NCBI GenBank assembly: GCA_028826165.1 | Contig: JAPDFW010000056.1 | Coordinates: 310,001-374,000, forward strand | Length of the DNA stretch: 64,000 bases | Reading direction: 5' to 3' | Source: Anaeramoeba ignava BMAN | Lineage: Eukaryota > Protista > Anaeramoebae | Shown here: in pieces, positions 30,769 to 42,236 of the stretch | Numbering within the stretch: position 1 is the first letter of the stretch | Layout: the number at the start of each line of letters is the position of its first letter | Made by a program: the position numbers and the translations under genes | The notes under the pieces: generated by a model | Databases searched by the model: none | Seen by the model: the letters and a program-made list of their open reading frames with translations, nothing else | What the model was told of the DNA's origin: nothing

Positions 30769-33700
30769 ATGGAAGATAAATTTATTCAAATAATTTTACA
30801 AAATGAAATTGAAAAAGCAAAAGAAATTTTACAAAACCAAATCAACTTAGAATATCATTCTAATTATTTAAATGAACAAGGAGACAGTCAATTTACAGCT
30901 CTTCATATTTGTGCAGAAAAAGGATTTTTTAAAATGGTTCAAATATTAATTCAATCAGGTTCAAAGATTAATTCACAAACAAAAAACTTAAATACAAGTC
31001 TCCATTTGGCTTGTATAAATAATCATGTCGATATTGCTTTATATCTACTTGAAAATCAAGCTGATTATATGATTGAAAATAATTTTAATCAACTTCCTAT
31101 TCATATTGCATCTTTATTGGGTCAACGACAAATTATTAAATTTTTACTTAATCAAGAAAAAGCAAATCAAATGATTCGTTCTATAGATTTTACTGGGTAT
31201 TTCGATAATTTTATTTGATTTAAATTTGATATAAAATTGATATAAAATTGATTTAAAATTGATTTAAAATTGATATAAAATTGATTTAAAATTGATATAA
31301 AATTGATTTAAATTTGATTTAAATTTGATTTAAAATTGATTTAAATTTGATTTAATATTGATTTAAATTTGATTTAAAATTGATTTAAAATTGATTTAAA
31401 ATTGATTTAAAATTGATTTAAAATTGATTTAAAATTGATTTAAAATTGATTTAAAATTGATTTAAAATTGATTTAAAATTGATTTAAAATTGATTTAAAA
31501 TTGATTTAATTTTAAAATTGATTTAAAATTGATTTAAAATTGATTTAAATTTGATTTAAAATTGATTTAAAATTGATTTAAAATTGATTTAAAATTGATT
31601 TAAAATTGATTTAAAATTGATTTAAAATTGATTTAAAATTGATTTAAAATTGATTTAAAATTGATATAAAATTGATTTAAATTTGATTTAAAATTGATTT
31701 AAAATTGATATAAATTTGATTTAAAATTGATATAAATTTGATTTAAAATTGATTTAAATTTGATTTAATATTGATTTAAATTTGATTTAAAATTGATTTA
31801 AATTTGATTTAAAATTGATTTATTGATTTAAAATTGATTTAAAATTGATTTAAATTTGATATAAAATTGATTTAAAATTGATTTAAAATTGATTTAAAAT
31901 TGATTTAAAATTGATTTAAAATTGATTTAAAATTGATTTAAAATTGATTTAAAATTGATTTAAAATTGATTTAAAATTGATTTAAAATTGATTTAAATTT
32001 GATTTAAAATTGATTTAAAATTGATTTAAATTTGATTTAAATTTGATTTAAATTTGATTTAAATTTGATTTAAATTTGATTTAAAATTGATTTAAATTTG
32101 ATTTAAATTTGATTTAAATTTGATTTAAAATTGATTTAAATTTGATTTAAATTTGATTTAAATTTGATTTAAATTTGATTTAAATTTGATTTAAAATTGA
32201 TTTAAAATTGATTTAAAATTGATTTAAATTTGATTTGATTTAAATTTGATTTAAAATTGATTTAAAATTGATTTAAAATTGATTTAAATTTGATTTAAAA
32301 TTGATTTAAAATTGATTTAAAATTGATTTTAAAATTGATTTAAAATTGATTTAAATTTGATTTGATTTAAATTTGATTTAATTTGATTTAAATTTAAATT
32401 TGATTTATTTAAAATTAATTTAAAATTGATTTAAATTTGATTTAAATTTGATTTAAAATTGATTGATTTAAAATTGATTTAAATTTGATTTAAAATTGAT
32501 TTGTAAAATTGATTTAAAATTGATTTAAAATTAAATTTGATTTAATTTGATTTAAAATTGATTTAAAATTGATTTTGATTTAAAATTGAATTAAATTTGA
32601 TTTAAAATTGATTTAAAATTGATTTAAAATTGATTTGAAATTGATTTAAAATTGATTTAAAATTGATTTAAAATTGATTTAAAATTGATTTAAAATTGAT
32701 TTAAAATTGATTTAAAATTGATTTAAAATTGATTTAAAATTGATTTAAAATTGATTTAAAATTGATTTAAAATTGATTTAAAATTGATTTAAAATTGATT
32801 TAAAATTGATTTAAAATTGATTTAAAATTGATTTAAATTTGATTTAAAATTGATTTAAAATTGATTTAAAATTGATTTAAAATTGATTTAAAATTGATTT
32901 AAAATTGATTTAAATTTGATTTAAAATTGATTTAAAATTGATTTAAAAATTGATTTAAAATTGATTTAAATTAATTTAAAATTGATTTAAAATTGATTTA
33001 AAATTGATTTAAAATTGATTTAAATTTGATTTAATTTTGATTTAAAATTGATTTAAATTTGATTTAAAATTGATTTAATATTGATTTAAAATTGATTTAA
33101 TATTGATTTAAAATTGATTTAATTTTGATTTATATTTGATTTAAACAATAATTATCTAGGATGACTCCACTTACATTAGCATCAAACTCAAACAAAAAAA
33201 AATCAATTCAAGAAATTTTAAACGTTTTCCCAACAATTGTTAATGAATTTGATGGGGTTGGATGGGCACCAATTCATTACTCAACAAATGGATGTGGATA
33301 TAGTTGCACAAAGGAGATTCTTAGTAGAGATGGATCTCCAAATTTAGTATCAATAGATTATTATCAACCCTCACATCTTGCAGTTAAGAAAAAATGGATA
33401 AAAGGGTTAGATTTGTTATTTAGATATGGAGCTGATTTAAATACTATTTTTGATAACAAATCATCTTTGGCTCATCTCGCAGCAGAAAATGAGGATTATC
33501 AAATATTGGAATTTCTTATTGATCACAAAGTTAATCTCGAAATAAAAGTTTTGAATGGAGAAACCCCGCTCCACATCTCAGCAAAACATGGGGATTTCAA
33601 ATCTATAGAATTACTTCTCAAATCAAATCCTGATTTAGTTAATATTCCAGACCATATTGGACAAACACCTTTATTTTCAGCAATTTATTCAGGATGTTTT

Positions 33701-34477
33701 GAATGTGTTCAAATTTTAATTTATAAAAATGCAAATTTTCGAAGACATGATTTTGATAAATGGATGCCTATTCATTTGGCAGTAATGAAAAAAGATTTGA
33801 GGATTTTGGAATTGATTATAAACAAGGATTCATCGCAAATCCACAAGAAAACGTCTCAAGGAATAACTCCACTTCATTTGGCATGTCATAATGGAAATTT
33901 AGAGGCAATTAAAATGTTAATTACACAAGGAGCCCAATTTAATATCACTTCCAAAAATGGATGGAATGAATTGTGTTATGCGATAGATTTTGGTGATTTG
34001 TCAATAGTTCAGTTTTTACTTGATTTAGGTGTTGACAAGGATATTCATTTTGGATCTGAAAAAGAAACTCTTCTTCATTTTGCTGCAAGAAAAGGAAAAT
34101 TGGAAAGTCTTAATAAATTGTTATCAATAGGAAATAATCCAAATGAATTGAATGATTTAAAACAATCACCACTTCATGTTGCAGTTATTCACAGAAAAAT
34201 TGAATGTGTTGAACTTCTTTTGAAATATGGAGTTGATCAAAATTGTCAAGATATTAATGGAAATACATCACTTCATTTTGTAGTTTTATATCATAATTCA
34301 AATGAAGATTATACAAAAAGCTTGCGTATTGGACCCAAATTAATGAAGTTAGATAATAATAATAATAATCAAATTCAAATTGAAAATCAAAATCAAAATG
34401 AAAATCAAATTCAAATTCAAAATCAAAATCAAAATCAAATTCAAATTCAAAATAATAATAATAATAATCAAATTCAA

Positions 34478-34540
<63 letters not shown>

Positions 34541-36829
34541 CAAATTCAAAATGAAATTCAAATTGAAAATCAAAATCAAATTCAAAATGAAAATCAAATT
34601 CAAAATCAAAATGAAAATCAAAATCAAAATCAAAATAAAAATCAAAATCAAAATCAAATTCAAAATAAAAATCAAATTCAAAATAATAATAATCAAATTC
34701 AAAATAATAATAATCAAATTCAAAATAATAATATTCAAAATCAAAATCAAAATAATAATCAAATTCAAAATAATAATAATCAAATTCAAAATCAAATTCA
34801 AAATCAAATTCAAATTGAAGATGACAATAATAATAATAATGAAGAAATCAAATATAAAAGTCTCAGATTAATTCATCTTCTTTTAGCCTTTAATTCAGAC
34901 CTAAAAATCAAAAATTTTTCTATCCCTTCTCATACACCTCAATCTTTGGCTTTCGAAAAGGGATTTTCTCAAATTGAAATACTTTTAGATCCGGAGATGA
35001 AAATATTTTTCAAAGGAGATAATAAAATTCATCAAAAAAACACAGCCTCTATTCAACAAATTCTATATCACAGCTCAAAATTCTACTACAAAATTTATTC
35101 ATCTTTAGTTGATTTGAAAAGCAAATTCAAAAATCAAAAACAAGGACAAAATATAACAATCAAAACAAACAAAATGGCTAAAATACAAACATACTTCGAT
35201 CAAAACCCAACAGAAAAAATAAGAACATTGTTTAATTTTAATTTAAAACAAATTAACAATATCAAGGCTCTATACATTTTATTCGCTATCATGGAAGAGA
35301 TTTTTTCAAATGAAAGAAATTTGAAACGAATCAATGAGGAAAATTACCAAATTTTTTATTATGGACTAAAGAATATCCTGGTTCAAAAAGTCGGGAATAT
35401 CCAGATTCTCAAGATATTGATTCTTGAATTTGGATTTCATATGTCAATTTATCATTTCCTCTATTTATTTCGTATTTCAGAACGAAAAATGCAACAATCA
35501 CGGGGTGCTATTCCAAAACTAAACAATTCCAATATAGAATTGAACGATAAAAAATCAAGCAATCAAGAAAACGCAATGCAAGTTGATCATTTCCCGTTGA
35601 AAAAGGAATCAGTTTTTTTGCTTTGGTTTGACTGGAAAAATAATTACAAAAGCATTGTCAACCTAGTTTATGAAAAGCATCCCCAAATCACATTTAAATT
35701 GTTTAATTCTGATTCACAATCAACTCCTGGTTTATATGAAAGTGAGATTTACAAAGTTCTTCAATCAAAATCCAGATTGAAAACAAGAATAATTTGTGGA
35801 GAAGAGTCTTTACTTCCTTTGTCATTATTAATTTGCCAAAATAAGAAGACTTTCAAAATACCGCTTCTTGTTTACAGTGATAGTATCAGAATGAAAAAAG
35901 AAATCATATCCAAGAAATACCGAAATATATGGATTACTTCAAGTGAAAATGTGGTTTTTCTGTTTGCAAATTTTATTCAACATTTCGGAAAATTTTTCCA
36001 TGATTCCCAACAAAAAACACAATTTCAAAACCATTTGGATTCAGTTATTGATTATTTGACCACAAACACAAGTAAATTGAAGTCTCTTAATAATTTCCAT
36101 CTTCGAAACAAACTCGAAATTATATCTCAAAAATTTTCTCAGTTAAATCCCCAAGAATACAAAACAATGTTTGCGCCTCTTTCAATAACTGATTCGCTTC
36201 TTGAGCTCAAAAAAGATATTCTAGATATTAGTCGTTCAGGAAATGTAACTCCACTTTTCAATTCTTATCAAAACTTGGTTCAATTGATTTATTCTCAAGT
36301 AAATATTCAAATTGAAGATTTTTTAGTTCTGTATCACATTCCGGAAAATTTTAGTCCCAATATTAAGAGCCGATCAATTCTTTGGCTGGATATCCCAAAC
36401 TCAAAAATGGTCTCAATCGAAAATGAAGCAAAAAAATTTGGGATTCAAATTATATTTCCTCCTGTAAAGTCTGAAATAATTTCGGTTCCTTTACAAATTG
36501 ATCTTGATTTAAAAAGTCGCACAAAAACAAATCCTCATAGAAATTGTCGCCAAAGAACCCGCAAAACAATTGATCTAGCCAAATCAATACCGTTGATAAA
36601 TCAATTCATGAAAGAAAATTTGGTAAAAGATGGATTTTCTGTTCGAATGATTTCAAGTCATTTAGAAATAAAGAAATTCTTTCCTTTTCTTCAGAATTTA
36701 AAATTCCAAATTCCCTTTTTAATTTATTGTGATCCTCAACAATATCAAGAAGATTTATCATTTATAGAAAAGGAAAAAATTTGGATAACAGAAGATTTTA
36801 AGATTGTGAAATTATTTGTTTTGTTTTAA
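30769..36829 (+). CDS. Large ankyrin-repeat protein with N/Q tract and C-terminal duplicated alpha/beta domain; exons 30769-31196, 33160-36829
   Basis: Many TALH/TPLH/SPLH ankyrin motifs; the intron joins GG|G-ATG in frame (DFTGMTPL). Confidence 0.9.
31197..33159 (+). repeat. 2-kb intron filled with the 11-bp satellite (TTGATTTAAAA)n
   Basis: GT..AG boundaries; repeat visible. Confidence 0.92.
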
Positions 36830-37059
36830 ATAGAAATAAATTATTAATTATTTTCTAACTTTTTAATCTTTTTTAAAATAAAAATAAATTATTAAGGAAT
36901 TGTTTTTGTTTTTTATTCTGAAATGAAGGAAATAAAAAATTAATTATCGTTCCACTTTTTTAATCTTTTTTTTAATCTTTTTTTTAATCTTTTTTTTAAT
37001 CCTTTTTTTAATCTTTTTTTTAATCTTTTTCTTAATCTTTTTCTTTTGAAAATTAAAAA

Positions 37060-37716
37060 TTAATTCTCTTTTTTTTCTTTTTGTTTTTTTTCAGGGAAAA
37101 ATCTTCCAAAAATAAAAGGATCAAAAAGAAGTAAAATAGAACAAAAAGTAGCACTAAAACACCAATTAGAACCGAAAGCATCAGTATATAAAGTACTATA
37201 AAGCCAAACACCAGAAATAAAAGCAATATAAGAAAGACCAGCAATAAAGGGTTTCATAAACAAACAAGTCCACATAATCCCAATCAGAAACAAGGATCTG
37301 TCTAGAATAGAGATTTCTCTTCCAAACCATAAAATATGACCTTGAGGAGTTAAAGTGGAACAACTTTCAGTTGGAATCAAAACTCTGATGGCAAAAAGAA
37401 AATTCAAAATATAATAAGATTTCTTCATGAAATTATCAACTAATGCAGGAACTATTACTGCTACTATTAATTCAGCTGCAAGAATCCATCGAATAACATA
37501 TTTTGATAATATTTTATTTGTTGATGTGCATGCTTCTATACCAACTGTTTTTTGTTCATACCATAAAATTGCATCAGGAAATTGCATTAAGGAAAAGGTT
37601 AATATAAATGCTCCTTGCCATCTATCTCGATAAGATGCTTTTCGGATAATCGCATATAATCCTATAATTACCCCCCATGATCCCATTATTAATGAACTTT
37701 CTAAACTCCAACACAT
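37060..37716 (-). CDS. DUF5765-like multi-pass membrane protein, copy A
   Basis: MCWS..SS start, SLMQ..D..LW, GHILW, FGSNWC; family assignment recalled from memory. Confidence 0.75.
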   Translation of the reverse strand: MCWSLESSLIMGSWGVIIGLYAIIRKASYRDRWQGAFILTFSLMQFPDAILWYEQKTVGIEACTSTNKILSKYVIRWILAAELIVAVIVPALVDNFMKKSYYILNFLFAIRVLIPTESCSTLTPQGHILWFGREISILDRSLFLIGIMWTCLFMKPFIAGLSYIAFISGVWLYSTLYTDAFGSNWCFSATFCSILLLFDPFIFGRFFPEKKQKEKKEN

Positions 37717-38012
37717 TTTTAATTTGATTTGATTTGATTTGATTTTTATTCTTTAAAAAATGAAAAATCAATTTTTTTTTAATTAGATTATTATTTAAAA
37801 AAAAAAGCAAAAACTATTTTTCGACTTTTTAATCTTTTTTTAAATTTTTCTTCTTTTTCTAACTTTTTTAAAATAAAAATAAATTATTAAGGAATTGTTT
37901 TTGTTTTTTATTCTGAAATGAAGGAAATAAAAAATTAATTATTAATTATCGTTCCACTTTTTTAATCTTTTTTTAATCTTTTTTTTAATCTTTTTCTTTT
38001 GAAAATTAAAAA

Positions 38013-38669
38013 TTAATTCTCTTTTTTTTCTTTTTGTTTTTTTTCAGGGAAAAATCTTCCAAAAATAAAAGGATCAAAAAGAAGTAAAATAGAACAAAAA
38101 GTAGCACTAAAACACCAATTAGAACCGAAAGCATCAGTATACAAAGTACTATAAAGCCAAACACCAGAAATAAAAGCAATATAAGAAAGACCAGCAATAA
38201 AGGGTTTCATAAACAAACAAGGCCACATAATCCCAATCAGAAACAAAACACGCAAACTGATTCTAATTTCAATTCCAAACCATAAAATATGACCTTGAGG
38301 AGTTAAAGTGGAACAACCTTGAGTTGGAATCATCATTCCCAAAGCATAAAGAAAATTCAAAATATAATAAGATTTCTTCATGAAATTATCAACTAATGCA
38401 GGAGCAATAACTGCTACTATTAATTCAGCTGCAAGAATCCAATGAATAACATATTTTGATAATATTTTATTTGTTGATGTGCATGCTGCTATCCCAACTG
38501 TTTTTTGTTCATACCATAAAATTGCATCAGGAAATTGCATTAAGGAAAATGTTAATATAAATGCTCCTTGCCATCTATCTCGATAAGATGCATTTCGAAT
38601 AATCGCATATAATCCTATAATTACCCCCCATGATCCCATTATTAATGAACTTTCTAAACTCCAACACAT
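38013..38669 (-). CDS. DUF5765-like membrane protein, copy B
   Basis: Near-identical to copy A; ATG at 38669. Confidence 0.75.
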   Translation of the reverse strand: MCWSLESSLIMGSWGVIIGLYAIIRNASYRDRWQGAFILTFSLMQFPDAILWYEQKTVGIAACTSTNKILSKYVIHWILAAELIVAVIAPALVDNFMKKSYYILNFLYALGMMIPTQGCSTLTPQGHILWFGIEIRISLRVLFLIGIMWPCLFMKPFIAGLSYIAFISGVWLYSTLYTDAFGSNWCFSATFCSILLLFDPFIFGRFFPEKKQKEKKEN

Positions 38670-38836
38670 TTTTAACTTAAATTGATTTGATTTGATTTTT
38701 AAAAAAAATGAAAAATCAATTTTAATCAAAAAAATTTTTAATTTAAATTTTATTTTTTTAATTAGATTATTTTTAAAAAAAAGAAAAAGAAAAATAAAAA
38801 ATTTAAATATTTCTTTCTTTTTTGAAAACTAAAAAA

Positions 38837-39499
38837 TTAATTCTTTCTTTTTTGTTCCACTTTTTGTTTTTTTTCAGGGAAAAATCTACCAAAAATAAAA
38901 GGATCAAAAAGAAGTAAAATAGAACAAAAAGTGGAAAGAAAGCACCAATTCGAACCAAAAGCATCAGTATATAAAGTACTATAAAGCCAAACACCAGAAA
39001 TCAAAGAAACATAAGAAAGACCAGCAATAAAGGGTTTCATAAACAACAAAGGCCAATCAACAGCAATCAAAAACAAGATGCTCCAATGCCATTTGATTTG
39101 AGTACCGAACCATAAAATATGGCCTTGGGGGGACAAAGTAGTACAACGTTCAAAAGGATTAGCGACTCTTATTGCGCCTAATATATTTGGTATATAATGA
39201 TATTTCTTCATAAAATTCCCCATCTTTCCTGCTGCTATCACCGCTGCTAATAATTCTGCTGAAAGTACTAAGTGGATGAAATATTTTGATGTGTACTTGT
39301 TTAAATTGGAACATGTTTCTAATCCGTTGATTTTGTGATCATACCAAAATACTGTATCTACAAATTGCATTGTTGATGTTATTAATAAAAACCATCCTGT
39401 CCATCGATCTCGATAGGATGCGTTCCGTATAATTGCATACGATGAAACTATTACTCCCCATGACCCCATTAATAATGAACTTTCGAAATTCCAACACAT
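38837..39499 (-). CDS. DUF5765-like membrane protein, copy C
   Basis: Same motifs, more divergent. Confidence 0.75.
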   Translation of the reverse strand: MCWNFESSLLMGSWGVIVSSYAIIRNASYRDRWTGWFLLITSTMQFVDTVFWYDHKINGLETCSNLNKYTSKYFIHLVLSAELLAAVIAAGKMGNFMKKYHYIPNILGAIRVANPFERCTTLSPQGHILWFGTQIKWHWSILFLIAVDWPLLFMKPFIAGLSYVSLISGVWLYSTLYTDAFGSNWCFLSTFCSILLLFDPFIFGRFFPEKKQKVEQKRKN

Positions 39500-39539
39500 T
39501 TCTTACAAAAACCAAAAATGAAAAATGAAAAATGAAAAA

Positions 39540-41225
39540 TTTAAAAAAGAAAAAAAAGAAGATTATTTGAAATTAATTATAGATTTTGTTTTATTTATTA
39601 TTTTAAAAATGGAAATAAACTTATTAATTATTTAATCTTATTTTCAAAAATTCAATTTTATTAATAAAAAAAATTAAATAAAAATTTAAAAAAGAAAAAA
39701 AAGAAGATTATTTGAAATTAATTATAGATTTTGTTTTATTTATTATTTTAAAAATGGAAATAAACTTATTAATTATTTAATCTTATTTTCAAAATTTAAT
39801 TTTGTTAATAAAAAAAATTGAATAAAAATTTAAAAAAGAAAAAAAAGAAGATTATTTAAAATTAATTATAGATTTTGTTTGATTTATTATTTTAAAAATG
39901 GAAATAAACTTATTAATTATTTAATCTTATTTTCAAAAATTTAATTTTATTAATAAAAAAATTGAATAAAAATTTAATTTATTTTTAAAAAGAAAATAAT
40001 AAATTAATTATAGATTTTGTTTTATTTATTATTTTAAAAATGGAAATTAACTTATTAATTATTTAATCTTGTTTTTAAAAATTTAATTTTATTAATAAAA
40101 ATTGAATAAAAATTTAATTTATTTTTAAAAAGAAAATAATAAATTAATTATAGATTTTGTTTTATTTATTATTTTAAAAATGGAAATTAACTTATTAATT
40201 ATTTAATCTTGTTTTTAAAAATTTAATTTTATTAATAAAAATTGAATAAAAATTTAATTTATTTTTAAAAAGAAATAATAATAAATTAATTATAGATTTT
40301 GTTTTATTTATTATTTTAAAAATGAAAATAAACTTATTAATTATTTAATCTTATTTTCAAAAATTCAATTTTATTAATAAAAAAATTGAATAAAAATTTA
40401 AAAAAGAAAAAAAAAGAAGATTATTTAAAATTAATTATAGATTTTGTTTTATTTATTATTTTAAAAATGGAAATAAACTTATTAATTATTTAATCTTGTT
40501 TTCAAAAATTTAATTTTATTAATAAAAAAATTGAATAAAAATTTAATTTATTTTTAAAAAGAAATAATAATAAATTAATTATAGATTTTGTTTTATTTAT
40601 TATTTTAAAAATGAAAATAAACTTATTAATTATTTAATCTTATTTTCAAAAATTCAATTTTATTAATAAAAAAATTGAATAAAAATTTAAAAAAGAAAAA
40701 AAAGAAGATTATTTAAAATTAATTATAGATTTTGTTTTATTTATTATTTTAAAAATGGAAATAAACTTATTAATTATTTAATCTTGTTTTCAAAAATTTA
40801 ATTTTATTAATAAAAATTGAATAAAAATTTAATTTATTTTTAAAAAGAAATAATAATAAATTAATTATAGATTTTGTTTTATTTATTATTTTAAAAATGG
40901 AAATAAACTTATTAATTATTTAATCTTGTTTTCAAAAATTTTGTTTTGTTAATAAAAAAATTGAATAAAAATTTAATTTATTTTTTAAAAATAAATAAAA
41001 TAAATTAATTATAGATTTTGTTTTATTTATTATTTTAAAAATGGAAATAAACTTATTAATTATTTAATCTTATTTTCAAAAATTTAATTTTATTAATAAA
41101 AATGAATAAAAATTTAAAAAAGAAAAAAAAGAAGATTATTTAAAATTAATTATAGATTTTGTTTTATTTATTATTTTAAAAATGGAAATAAACTTATTAA
41201 TTATTTAATCTTGTTTTTAAAAATT
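39540..41225. repeat. Minisatellite, unit about 140-145 bp, about 12 copies, two subtypes
   Basis: TAGATTTTG..AAAATGGAAATAAACTT recurs at about 39581, 39725, 39869, 40011, 40151, 40293, 40438, 40582, 40726, 40868, 41012, 41153. Confidence 0.9.
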
Positions 41226-41328
41226 TTGTTTTGATTTAAAATTTTGTTTTGATTTAAAATTTTGTTTTGATTTAAAATTCTTTTTTGATTTAAAATTCTG
41301 TTTTGATATAAAATTCTGCGTTTATTTT

Positions 41329-41985
41329 TTATTTATTCTTTTTTTGTTCCACTTTTTTTTCAGGGAAAAATCTTCCAAAAAGAAAAGGATCAAAAAGAAG
41401 TAAAATAGCAGTAAAAGCAGAAAGAAAGCACCAATTCGAACCGAAAGCATCAGTATACAAAGTACTATAAAGCCAAACACCAGAAATAAAAGCAATATAA
41501 GAAAGACCAGCAATAAAGGGTTTCATAAACAAACAAGGCCAAACAACACCAATCAAAAAAAGGGAGCTATAAAAAGTCTTTATGTTCACACCGAACCAGA
41601 GAAGATGGCCTTGGGGAGATAAGCTAGAGCAGCCTTCAGAAGTGAAAGAAACACGAATAGCGCCGAGTATATTTGGGATATAGTAATATTTCTTCATAAA
41701 ATTTGCAACTATTCCAGGTGCAAATACTGCTACTAGTAATTCAGCTGAAAGAATCCAGAGAAGTAAGTATTTTGATGTGTAGTAGTTTAAATTGGAACAT
41801 GTTTCTAATCCATTTACACTGTGATCATACCATAAAATTGTATCTACAAATTGCATTAAACATGATGTTAATATAAACGGTCCTTGCCATCTATCTCGAT
41901 AAGATGCGTTTCGAAATATTGCGTATAAAGAAACGATTACACTCCATAATCCCATTATTAATGAACTTTCTAAACTCCAACACAT
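41329..41985 (-). CDS. DUF5765-like membrane protein, copy D
   Basis: Same motifs as copies A-C. Confidence 0.75.
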   Translation of the reverse strand: MCWSLESSLIMGLWSVIVSLYAIFRNASYRDRWQGPFILTSCLMQFVDTILWYDHSVNGLETCSNLNYYTSKYLLLWILSAELLVAVFAPGIVANFMKKYYYIPNILGAIRVSFTSEGCSSLSPQGHLLWFGVNIKTFYSSLFLIGVVWPCLFMKPFIAGLSYIAFISGVWLYSTLYTDAFGSNWCFLSAFTAILLLFDPFLFGRFFPEKKVEQKKNK

Positions 41986-42236
41986 TTTTAACTTAAATTG
42001 ATTTTGATTATTTTTTTTTTAAAAAAAATGAAATTTCAATTTTAATCAAAAAAAAATATTTTTAAATTTAAATTTAAATTATTTTTTTAATTAGATTATT
42101 TTTTTTAAAAAAGAAGAAAAAGAAAAAAAGAAGAAGAAGAAAAGAAGAAAAAAGAAGAAGAAATTTCTGTTTTTGGCTTTTTCTCTTCATAAAAAAAAAA
42201 GAAGAAAGAGAAATTTATTCTTTTTCTTCAATCTTT

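Noticed and set aside
30769-36829. Intein or Hint insertion in the large proteins
   Set aside because: No C-x..HN-[CST] splice motifs or LAGLIDADG blocks recognised in any ORF
39540-41225. CRISPR-like array or MITE cluster
   Set aside because: No unique spacers, cas genes, terminal inverted repeats or target-site duplications
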